A stretch of DNA of 64,000 nt from Myxococcales bacterium (GTDB taxonomy: Bacteria > Desulfobacterota > Binatia > HRBIN30). The notes under the pieces are model-generated. The model was not told the origin of the DNA. It saw nothing but the letters and a program-made list of their open reading frames with translations, and searched no databases. A program made the translations under genes and the position numbers. This document shows positions 1 to 8,503 of this stretch, in pieces. Each line of letters opens with the position of its first letter. Positions within the stretch are counted from its first letter, which is position 1. The stretch covers positions 111,080 to 175,079 of the forward strand of contig JBBILD010000009.1 of NCBI GenBank assembly GCA_037445065.1, written 5' to 3'.

Positions 1-260
1 GAACCGCTTCGGAATGTCGAACCGGCCCGGTCGGGGGTCATTCCCGCCGCGATCCACCGCATTTGCCCTTCTACCCCATCCCCGTACACGCACGCGCAGG
101 TCTGCGTGGGAGTGGCGATGAATCCCTACACCCCCCGCACCTGCTGTCGTCAGATCGAGCCTGCCATCAGGCGTGCATCTCAAGCGCGACACGGCCGTCA
201 TGGATCACGCCCAGAAGCGCAATGATGCACAGCGACGCGCGGGAGGGTCCGATCCGTCGC

Positions 261-677
261 TCAAACACCCGCGTTTTGCACGGTCTGAATCAGGAGCTGG
301 CCTTCAAGGCCGGCCTCGCGGTGGATGCCGAACTTCGCGACCTCCGGCGAAGTGGCGATCTTCACGAATGCCTCGGACGAGGGATATTCGACGAGGGCGA
401 CGACGTCCCACAGCTCTTCGACGTCGCCGATGACGAGCGACTTCACTTCACCGATAAAGATGACACGGCCGCCGTGGTCGGCCACGAGTTTGAGCATTTC
501 GGCAGCGTACCGGTTGTAAGCCGTCTTGCCATCGTCGGTAGTCGCGCGGCCGTCCTTGTACTCGGCCCTCTCCTTGAACTTGAGCAGGTTCACCATGACA
601 ACCGGCTGGTTGGCGCCCTTAGTCACCACCTCGGTGATCTGTTCGCCCTTCGGATAGACAGCGTTTTCGACGTTCAT
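261..677 (-). CDS. DUF1330 domain protein
   Basis: MNVENAVYP...VVMVNLLKF...WDVVALVEYPS...HREAGLEGQLLI pattern; ATG at 677 with GGAGG upstream. Confidence 0.85.
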   Translation of the reverse strand: MNVENAVYPKGEQITEVVTKGANQPVVMVNLLKFKERAEYKDGRATTDDGKTAYNRYAAEMLKLVADHGGRVIFIGEVKSLVIGDVEELWDVVALVEYPSSEAFVKIATSPEVAKFGIHREAGLEGQLLIQTVQNAGV

Positions 678-1017
678 CACGTTACCTCCGTTGTGCGCTG
701 ATGGTCTCGCTCTGCTCGACCCACCTAACGGGTGAGTCTTCCCGCAAGCAGTCGCCACCTCCTGCGCCGATCCCATACGGCTCTGCGTTTCCGTCTACCA
801 CGCCTTCTTGGGTGAGGCGCTCGCTCACCGTCCCTGAGCCGTCGGGCAGGTCGAGATCACGTGCGGCCGAACGATCGTCCAGGACGCCTTCAGAATCGCC
901 GCCGGCCGTGCAGATGCGTTTTATCGGCCAAGTGATGGAGAAAACGCGGTTCAACGGATCCGCTAGTGCAACGATTTCCACCTGCAGTCAACGCAGGGGA
1001 AACACGGTGAGCAACAA

Positions 1018-1135
1018 GTGTTGCAGGCCCTGGCGTGGAGGGCAGTCACCCGGCGCTGCATCGCCCGCTGGGAGGGTTTCCTCCTCTTCGGCTACGGAGT
1101 CGCGTACTGGCTGTATTTGCTTTGCTTGCCGCTAA
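1018..1135 (+). pseudogene. Possible C-terminal remnant of a Ca2+/Na+ antiporter (YrbG-like)
   Basis: RCIARWEGFLLFGYGVAYWLYL resembles the last helix of CaCA antiporters; no N-terminal part. Confidence 0.3.
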
Positions 1136-1242
1136 CCACCATGACCCCTGCCGACCTATCATCTCGTCATGGTGGTGTTCGCTCTACCGCTCACAATCGC
1201 CGGACTGGCAGGGAGCCGCGGCCGCCATTTTCTGCGCACGCA

Positions 1243-1270
1243 GTGGGGGCACGGCATGCCGCGCCCCTAC
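1243..1270. repeat. GTAG-type REP-like palindrome
   Basis: gtgggggcacggcatgccgcgcccctac, 28-bp imperfect palindrome ending in CCCTAC. Confidence 0.6.
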
Positions 1271-1415
1271 CTCGACGTCCTCAATTCAATCGAGGTGCCC
1301 GAGCCGATTTACAGCCACCAGCACCCTGATCCCAGGCACGGAGTTGAGCATGCGCACGGGTTCATCCGGTCCCTCTGCTCACGCAATCCGCCCTCATTAA
1401 CACCTCGTCTGATTC

Positions 1416-1877
1416 TTACCACAGCACCCAGGGCGCGTTGATCAAATCCGCAGACCAGCCAACCCGCATCTCCTTGCGAGCGCTCAGTAGTGCGCCTGTC
1501 ACCACGGCATCGCGTCCGACTCTCAGCAGTCCCTGCGCAAAAATGGTCCCTTGCACCTGCGCCTGCCTCCTCACAAAGGCGCGACCGCCAACCAGGAACA
1601 GGATTCGCTCCGCCGGAGAACCATTTGGCCCCGCCGGGATGCCGCTCATCACAATCTGCGCACTCCCGTCCACTCTCAGACGGCGCGCGAGTCGCAGCAC
1701 TACCGCCGCGGTGTTGGCATTGCCCTGGATGGTGAGAACCCGCCCGGGCGCCACCCGCAAGCGGTCGTAATCGAGCACGACCACGGACCCTGGCGCCGAG
1801 CTGAACGGAGTGATGTCCATGGTCGCACCTCCCAATCGTTTCCTTTTGACGAACGTTCCTACTTGGTCGCCTCCCAA
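1416..1877 (-). pseudogene. Truncated beta-helix / ice-binding-like secreted protein, C-terminal part
   Basis: ERILFLVGG...VQGTIFAQG...VTGALLSA beta-solenoid-like pattern; the frame meets a stop near 1975 with no signal peptide or good start. Confidence 0.4.
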
Positions 1878-2245
1878 GCCCCGAACTCCGTTTAGCGGGA
1901 AAACGATGACAAAATCTCCCCCCGGGCCAACACCTTCGTCAACAGAGAAAAAGGGCGTTCGCGCAGGCCGACATCAGCCAGCCCGAACGCCCTGAGTCCC
2001 TACGCCCCGAACGGTCGCCGCCCATTCCAGGTTCATCCATCAGACAGAGGGCCCCCACTTACGCGGTCTCCACCGGCGGCCCCCCACTCTCTTCCGAGAG
2101 GTTCACCAGCAGACCACGGGCAAGGCTCCCGCCTGTGGCTCGAACCCCGCTCGGCCTCAGGCGCCCGTAAATGACCGCTTCCAGCGGGGCAAGTCGTTGC
2201 CTCAAGCTTCGGACTCAGGCAAGGGATGCGAACCGATCATAAACG

Positions 2246-3103
2246 ATGGCCGTTCCCGTACAGGTTGGCATTCCTCTTTTTCTGTTGCGTCCCGGACGCA
2301 TGCCGGCGGTGGCAGAGGTAGCCGAGGAGCTCGGCTTCGAATCGGTGTGGCTGCCGGAGCATCTGGTGTTTCCCGCCGAGATCCGTAGCGCCTATCCATA
2401 CAGCCCGGATGGACAGGCACCGATCTCGCCCAAAACTCCGCTGCTCGACCCCTTCGTGCTGCTCTCCTTCGTAGCGGCTCGCACGCGCCGCATCCGCCTC
2501 GGCACCAACGTGTATCTGCCCGCACTGCGCCACCCGCTGGCTAGCGCGCGCATGATCGTCACGCTCGACCTTCTCTCTGGGGGCCGCGTGAGCTTGGGCG
2601 TGGGTGCAGGCTGGCTTGCCGAGGAATTCGCAGCGGTGGGAGTGGAGTTCGAAACCCGTGGCGCCCGCCTGCGCGAGTGCGTGCGCGCTTGGCGCGTGCT
2701 GTGGAGCGAGGAGACGCCTTCCTTCCAAGGGCGTTTTTATCGCTTCGGGCCCGTGAAGTTCGAGCCCAAACCGGTGCAGAAACCTTCTCCACCGATCTTG
2801 TTCGGCGGCGAGTCGGAAGCGGCTCTTCTTCGCGCCGCCGAACTGGGCGACGGCTGGTACGGGGTGCGGCACACGCCGGAAAGCGCGGCCCGCCAAGTCG
2901 AGCGGCTCCGCGCGCTGCTCGAGCGGAACGGGCGCGATCCCGCTCACTTCGAAATCACGGTGAGCACGGGTCCCCTCGACCAGCGTTCCCTCGAAGAGTT
3001 TGCCGCTGCCGGTGTGCAGCGTGTGGTCTCCCTTCCGTGGCAGCGCGACAAGGAAGCAGAAGCGAGCCTCGAACGTCTGGCTCGCACCATACGTTTGAGT
3101 TGA
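2246..3103 (+). CDS. LLM-class F420-dependent oxidoreductase (Rv2161c-like)
   Basis: GFESVWLPEH, LDPFVLLSFVAA, RIRLGTNV, GRVSLGVGAGW, PKPVQKP motifs. Confidence 0.9.
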   Translation: MAVPVQVGIPLFLLRPGRMPAVAEVAEELGFESVWLPEHLVFPAEIRSAYPYSPDGQAPISPKTPLLDPFVLLSFVAARTRRIRLGTNVYLPALRHPLASARMIVTLDLLSGGRVSLGVGAGWLAEEFAAVGVEFETRGARLRECVRAWRVLWSEETPSFQGRFYRFGPVKFEPKPVQKPSPPILFGGESEAALLRAAELGDGWYGVRHTPESAARQVERLRALLERNGRDPAHFEITVSTGPLDQRSLEEFAAAGVQRVVSLPWQRDKEAEASLERLARTIRLS

Positions 3104-3234
3104 CCGAACACCCCTCCGACGCCGGACCTATCGGGCGCCTGGCGTTGTGGGCACACACGAAACGTGCCAGCCGCAGCGGGCGGAACAGCGCAGGCACTGC
3201 TATCCCGGGTTGCGCCGAACCTGAGGCCGTAGCC

Positions 3235-4329
3235 TCAAACAACGGGGTGGCGTGGGATGCGCTCGTTGAAGCGCCACAACCCTTCGGCACGCGCGCTAGC
3301 AAAAGCGGCACGCAGTTCTTGGCCGTAAGGCCGGCGGTTTAGCTCGCCGTATTTCTCTTCGCTCACGGTTCCGGTGGGCCGGTACTGGTCCATGATGTTC
3401 ACGTAGGTGTCGCGGTCCACCTCGCGAGCGAGGAAGCGAAAGATCTGCTGCGCATCGTCCGTGGCCCCGGGCATCACCAGGTGGCGGACCAAGAGCCCGC
3501 GCACGGCGATTCCGTTGCGGTCGAAGCGCAGCGGCCCGACCTGGCGTTGCATTTCGCGGATGGCGCGGCGCGCCACCTCTGGGTAATCGGCTGCCTTCAG
3601 GTATCGGCGCGCTTTTTCCGCGTCCCAGTATTTGAAGTCGGGCATGTAAATGTCCACCACCCCGTCGAGCAGCTCGAGGCTACGCAGCGAGTCGTAAGCG
3701 CTCGTGTTGTACACGATCGGCAGGCGCAGGCCTTGTTCCGCAGCGAGGCACAGCGCCTCGAGCACTTGCGGCACGACGTGCTCCGGGGTCACCCAGTTGA
3801 TGTTATGGCAGCCAAGAGCCTGCAGGCGCAGCATCTCGGCGGCCAACTGCTCGGGTGTGAGTTCCACGCCTTCGCCGAACTGGCTGACGTCCCAGTTCTG
3901 ACAAAACACGCAGCGCAGGTTGCAGAAGGAGAAGAAGATGGTACCCGAGCCATTCCAGCCGCGCAGGCAGTCTTCCTCGCCAAAGTGAGGGAACGCGGAG
4001 GCGACGCGGGCGTAGCGACCGGTAAAGCAACTGGTGCCTTTGGGAATATGGGCTGGCACGGCCCGCCCACGGACGCGCGACGCGCTCGCGATTCCCCGGG
4101 GTGTCTCGTGTTGCGGTGCGGGCAGCGCGTGAAAACGGTCCACACCGCAGTCCCGCGGGCAAACGCGGCACTCGCGCAATTCCTCGACCGCTGCCCAGGC
4201 GCGCCGCCGGAGTTCGCCCGACCGGGCAAGCCGCAGGTACGAAGGTTCGGGCGGCTCGTCGGTAATGAAGCGCGCAATCGCCTCCGGCCACGGACGAGAA
4301 GCGAGATCGCTCGACCAGGCAAAGCGCAT
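3235..4329 (-). CDS. Radical SAM protein, PflX-like
   Basis: CRVCPRDC, HFGEE, GSGTIFF, CNLRCVFCQN, GCHNINWVTP, DIYMPDFKY, LVRHLVMPG. Confidence 0.9.
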   Translation of the reverse strand: MRFAWSSDLASRPWPEAIARFITDEPPEPSYLRLARSGELRRRAWAAVEELRECRVCPRDCGVDRFHALPAPQHETPRGIASASRVRGRAVPAHIPKGTSCFTGRYARVASAFPHFGEEDCLRGWNGSGTIFFSFCNLRCVFCQNWDVSQFGEGVELTPEQLAAEMLRLQALGCHNINWVTPEHVVPQVLEALCLAAEQGLRLPIVYNTSAYDSLRSLELLDGVVDIYMPDFKYWDAEKARRYLKAADYPEVARRAIREMQRQVGPLRFDRNGIAVRGLLVRHLVMPGATDDAQQIFRFLAREVDRDTYVNIMDQYRPTGTVSEEKYGELNRRPYGQELRAAFASARAEGLWRFNERIPRHPVV

Positions 4330-4379
4330 GCAAGCAGTCTAGCGGCTGGTCGGTGCCCCCTCACCCTGGCCCATGGGAG

Positions 4380-5513
4380 TCAGCGCAGTGTACGGAAAAA
4401 CTTGCGCACGTCGTCCACGAACAGCTCGGGTTGCTCCATGGCCGCGAAGTGGCCGCCGCGCGGCATCTCCGTCCAATGCGTTACGTTGTAGTGGTTCTCC
4501 ACCCACTTGCGCGGGAAGCGCATGATCTCGCGGGGAAAGCGCGCCACCCCAGTGGGAACCTCGATCCGGTTGGCCAAAAAGAACACGCGCCCGTGTTTGA
4601 ACACCTCGTAATAGAGGCGCATCGAGGAGGTGATCGTGCCCGTGACCCAGTAAACCATAATATTGGTGAGCAGCTCGTCCTTGGTGAACACGTTCTCCGG
4701 ATTGCCCCCGCAGTCGCTCCAGGTGCGGAACTTCTCCACGATCCACGCTGCCAGGCCCGCTGGCGAATCGTTCAGAGCAAAGCCCAAGGTTTGCGGTTTG
4801 GTACCCTGGATCTTCTGGTAGGCGGTTTCCTCGCGCTCGAACTCTGCCATCTCTGCCAAGTCGCGCCGCTCCGCATCGCTCAGGTCCGTGCGGTCCTCCT
4901 GGGCAATCGCGAGAGGCATGTTGAGATGCAGGCCGCACATGTGCTGCGCATCGAAGAGGGCCAGGCAGCTCGTGATAATCGCGCCCCAGTCGCCCCCTTG
5001 GGCTCCGTAGCGCGCGTAACCGAGGCGGCGCATCAGTTCAGCGAACGCCTCGGCCATGCGCTGCGCATCCCACATCTCGCTGCGCGTTACCTCGGAAAAG
5101 CCGTAACCAGGCAAGGAGGGGCAAACCACATGAAAGGCATCCTGTGCGCTCCCGCCGTGCGCCTCCGGATCGGTGAGCGGACCAATGACCTTCAAAAACT
5201 CCACGAACGATCCCGGCCAACCATGCACGAGGAGCAAGGCGAGTGCGTTTTCATGGCGGGAGCGGGCGTGCACAAAATGGATTTGCTGTCCATCGATCTC
5301 GGTGCGGTAGTGCTCCAAGCGGTTCAGTTCCCGCTCGTGAACGCGCCAGTCGTAACGGTCCCGCCAGTAGGCGACGAGTTCCTTCATGTAATCGAGGTCC
5401 GTGCCGTAGCGCCAGCCGGTACCCGGGATCTGATCGGGAAAGCGCGTCGCGGCCAGCCGCCGCTTCAAGTCGGCCAGCACTTCGTCTCCGATGTGGATCG
5501 TAAACCGCTCCAT
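4380..5513 (-). CDS. Epoxide hydrolase (EHN + alpha/beta hydrolase)
   Basis: HGWPGS oxyanion motif, GGDWG nucleophile, GGHFAAME catalytic His. Confidence 0.92.
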   Translation of the reverse strand: MERFTIHIGDEVLADLKRRLAATRFPDQIPGTGWRYGTDLDYMKELVAYWRDRYDWRVHERELNRLEHYRTEIDGQQIHFVHARSRHENALALLLVHGWPGSFVEFLKVIGPLTDPEAHGGSAQDAFHVVCPSLPGYGFSEVTRSEMWDAQRMAEAFAELMRRLGYARYGAQGGDWGAIITSCLALFDAQHMCGLHLNMPLAIAQEDRTDLSDAERRDLAEMAEFEREETAYQKIQGTKPQTLGFALNDSPAGLAAWIVEKFRTWSDCGGNPENVFTKDELLTNIMVYWVTGTITSSMRLYYEVFKHGRVFFLANRIEVPTGVARFPREIMRFPRKWVENHYNVTHWTEMPRGGHFAAMEQPELFVDDVRKFFRTLR

Positions 5514-5619
5514 ATCACCTCCGTCCGAACACGGCTTACACTGCCCGAGGGCCGAGGTTGAAGAAAGAGTCCGTGCCGGTCGTTACCCGGCGCAGCAGGA
5601 AAGGGGTCGTCGGCGTGGC

Positions 5620-6885
5620 TCAACGGCAGCGCGGGTCGGACCGCTGCAGAAAATCCACCGTCTCTTGCGACAAGGAAAGGGGCACGCAGCCGTGGTTGTT
5701 CTCGCACACGTAGTCGAACGAGCGGGCAGCACTGTGGCAGCCGTAACACGGAGTCTCCGCCCCACCGCGGCTCGCAATCCGGGTCCCAGCGCGGTTTACG
5801 CTCAACGTCAAGTATTCCCAACCGCCGTGCTCTGTGTCGAAGCTGCCGCCGCGCTTGACCATCGCTTCGCCTGGAATGAGCTGGATCACCGTGCCGACGG
5901 GGAACTCGAGCCCAGGCTGCTCCCCGCCGGCTGCGGCTATGGCCAAGGTCTCCTCCAAACGGCCCAGCCGATTGGTCACGCGAAAGTGGCGCACCTGCGG
6001 CCAGTTGAGCAGGCACTCGAAGTCGCCCTCGCGGGCGACAAACTCGAGTGCAGGCTGCGGGCAACCATTCAAGGCGTTGTTCACGGCGCCGATCAATTCG
6101 TCCACCGTGACCAGCCCGTCCCCATTGCCATCGAAGGGCGGGCAAGCCTCCAGCCCGGTTTGCTCCAGCGCAATGTTCACGCCCAGGATAATTTCGTCCA
6201 CCGTGACCTCACCATCTCCTCCGCAATCGCCCAGGCAGGCCGGCACCGGGGGCAGGGTGGGTGTCGCGGTCGGTGTAGGTAGCGGTGGTTCGGTGGGCGT
6301 GGCCGTCGGTGTGGCAGGTACGGTCGGTTCGAGCGTGTTCGTAGGCGTCGGGGTAAGAGGCTCCCCCGCGCGAACACGCACCGCGAGCGTGGTGGCAGCC
6401 GCCCGATCGCCGGCGTTGGTACCGTTGCGGTTGACACTATTGCCGGCGGCAAACAACGTGTATTCTCCGGGGGCTGCTGGGGCTTGCCACTGGAAGGAAA
6501 AACTTGCCTCGCCGCTTGCGTCGTTCGGCTTCGGCGCCACGTGCGTGATCTCGCCCAGTTGCAGGCGCGTGCCTTCGTTCGGGAGCACCGAAAGCATGCC
6601 CGCACTGGCTGCGACGTTGAGCCCTGCGGCAACTTGTTGTGCCGGGGCATTGGAGCGCACCACGAAGCGGAAGGTCGCTACAGCTTGCGGAGCCAGTTCC
6701 GTTGGTCCTTCCAGGCGCACGCTGGGCTCCACTCCCCCCGCATGGCATCCGGGCTGGTTGCAAATCGCCCCCTGCTTTCCAGACACTCCGGTGATACCGG
6801 TAGAAAACGCCAGTACCGGCGTCGCCCAGGCAATCGCCCAGAACGCCACTCCCACCCTTGACCAAGGCAACCATCTCGCCCGCAC
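5620..6885 (-). CDS. Secreted multidomain protein: Reeler-like (choice-of-anchor V / MXAN_6652-like) domain, Pro/Thr linker, dockerin-like module, C-terminal cytochrome P460-like domain
   Basis: GTG at 6885 after AGGAGG; signal peptide ending VLA; CNQPGCH...GEITH...FSFQWQAP...FAAGNSVN..G..AGD; two GDGxVTVDE repeats; FPVGTVI...MVKR...GWEY...CYGCH...DYV. Confidence 0.75.
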   Translation of the reverse strand: MRARWLPWSRVGVAFWAIAWATPVLAFSTGITGVSGKQGAICNQPGCHAGGVEPSVRLEGPTELAPQAVATFRFVVRSNAPAQQVAAGLNVAASAGMLSVLPNEGTRLQLGEITHVAPKPNDASGEASFSFQWQAPAAPGEYTLFAAGNSVNRNGTNAGDRAAATTLAVRVRAGEPLTPTPTNTLEPTVPATPTATPTEPPLPTPTATPTLPPVPACLGDCGGDGEVTVDEIILGVNIALEQTGLEACPPFDGNGDGLVTVDELIGAVNNALNGCPQPALEFVAREGDFECLLNWPQVRHFRVTNRLGRLEETLAIAAAGGEQPGLEFPVGTVIQLIPGEAMVKRGGSFDTEHGGWEYLTLSVNRAGTRIASRGGAETPCYGCHSAARSFDYVCENNHGCVPLSLSQETVDFLQRSDPRCR

Positions 6886-6984
6886 GGCGCACCTCCTGAG
6901 CGCCGGCAATCGTGCTCGGCAGGTCCGGCTAAGTCAAGGCAGCGCCGCGTTGAGCAGCGTGATAGCTGCGGCTAGGCTGGCCGC

Positions 6985-8196
6985 GTGTTTGTCGAACAGG
7001 ACAGCTCGCGGCGCATCACCCGTGAGGTACGAGTCGGCTCGATCGTGATCGGAGGCCGCGCGCCGATCGCCGTGCAGAGCATGTGCGCCACCAAGACCCG
7101 CAACGTTGACGCCACCGTGGCGCAAATTGAACAGTTACGGGCTGTGGGCGCGGCAGTGATTCGGGTGGCGGTAGACAATGAACTCGAGGCGCAAGCCTTG
7201 CGCGAAATCCGCCGGCAAACAGACGCGGTGCTGGCCGTGGATCTGCAAGAAAACTACCGCCTCGCTGAGCAGGTTGCACCGTTCGTCAACAAGATTCGCT
7301 ACAACCCAGGCCATCTACACCACATCGAGCGGCACAAACCCGTGCGCGACAAAGTGGCGTGGTTGGTAGCGGTCGCGCGCGACCACGACTTAGCGATTCG
7401 CATCGGGGTGAACTGCGGCTCAGTGGCACCCGAGTTCCTCTCCCGCTTCCCAGAGGATGCGCTTCAAGCATTGGTGGAGTCTGCGATCTTCCACTGCGAC
7501 TTGATGGAGGAGCTCGGCTTCGAGCGTTACGTGGTTTCGCTCAAAGACTCCGATCCGAACAAGGTCGTGGAGGCAAACCGGCGCTTTGCGGCCCTGCGCC
7601 CGCACGTGCCGTTGCACCTGGGAGTCACAGAAGCGGGCCTCCCTCCGGAGGGAATCATCAAGACGCGCCTGGCCTTCGAGAAGCTTCTCGCCGTGGGCAT
7701 CGGGGAGACCATTCGCGTCTCCCTCACCTTACCCAACCAGCGCAAGCACGAAGAAGTCCTCGCCGGCAGGCAGATCCTGGCCGACGTGGCAGCCGGACGC
7801 TTCCTAACCGTGCCGGACTTCACCTCTGGCCTCAACATCATTTCCTGCCCGAGCTGTTCGCGCGTGGAGAACGAACGTTTCGTAGAACTGGCCGAAGAGG
7901 TACGCGCGCTGACCCGCTACGCCGCCCACCACCGAATTACGATTGCCGTGATGGGTTGCCGGGTCAACGGTCCGGGCGAAACAGACGATGCCGATCTCGG
8001 GCTGTGGTGCGGGCCCAGCACCGTGAACCTCAAGCGGGGACCGAGGAAAATCGGGAGCTTTCGCTACCATGAAGTTCTGGGCAAGTTGCGGGAGGAACTC
8101 GACCGCTTGATTGCCGAGCGGGAACAGGGGCACAATCTCGGGCTGCAGGAGAACAACTCAGAAACAATCTCGGCGGGTGCGAGTCGTGCGAAGTGA
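6985..8196 (+). CDS. ispG: (E)-4-hydroxy-3-methylbut-2-enyl-diphosphate synthase
   Basis: [45 protein letters not shown]...GCRVNGPGE Fe-S ligands. Confidence 0.95.
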   Translation: MFVEQDSSRRITREVRVGSIVIGGRAPIAVQSMCATKTRNVDATVAQIEQLRAVGAAVIRVAVDNELEAQALREIRRQTDAVLAVDLQENYRLAEQVAPFVNKIRYNPGHLHHIERHKPVRDKVAWLVAVARDHDLAIRIGVNCGSVAPEFLSRFPEDALQALVESAIFHCDLMEELGFERYVVSLKDSDPNKVVEANRRFAALRPHVPLHLGVTEAGLPPEGIIKTRLAFEKLLAVGIGETIRVSLTLPNQRKHEEVLAGRQILADVAAGRFLTVPDFTSGLNIISCPSCSRVENERFVELAEEVRALTRYAAHHRITIAVMGCRVNGPGETDDADLGLWCGPSTVNLKRGPRKIGSFRYHEVLGKLREELDRLIAEREQGHNLGLQENNSETISAGASRAK

Positions 8197-8500
8197 AGCC
8201 AAGATCATGCTCGGGTTCCTCGTGCGCCGGTGCGCCCATGCCATTGGCCACGAACCCACACCAGGCGAGTTTGCGGCCTGGGCCAACAACTACCGCGAGC
8301 AACCCGGAGAACGCGCTCACTACCTGTTCGGGCGGCCGATCACCGAGTACGAGGCAGAGGTGATCATGCGCCATCCGGGCAGGGAGGTGACCACTCGCCT
8401 GACCCCGCCCGCCAACCCGGCCTGCCCGGATGGGGCGGCCGTGCGCGGCCGGGTGGTGTGGCTGGCCGCGGTACGCCAGCGAGCGGACACCTCGAAGTAA
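8177..8500 (+). CDS. Hypothetical protein between ispG and mutS2
   Basis: Open frame fills the gap exactly (GTG 8177 or ATG 8207; stop 3 nt before mutS2); protein-like composition. Confidence 0.65.
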   Translation: MRVVRSEAKIMLGFLVRRCAHAIGHEPTPGEFAAWANNYREQPGERAHYLFGRPITEYEAEVIMRHPGREVTTRLTPPANPACPDGAAVRGRVVWLAAVRQRADTSK

Positions 8501-8503
8501 ACC

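Noticed and set aside
682..981. 99-aa ORF upstream of DUF1330
   Set aside because: No recognisable motif or RBS; cannot be supported.
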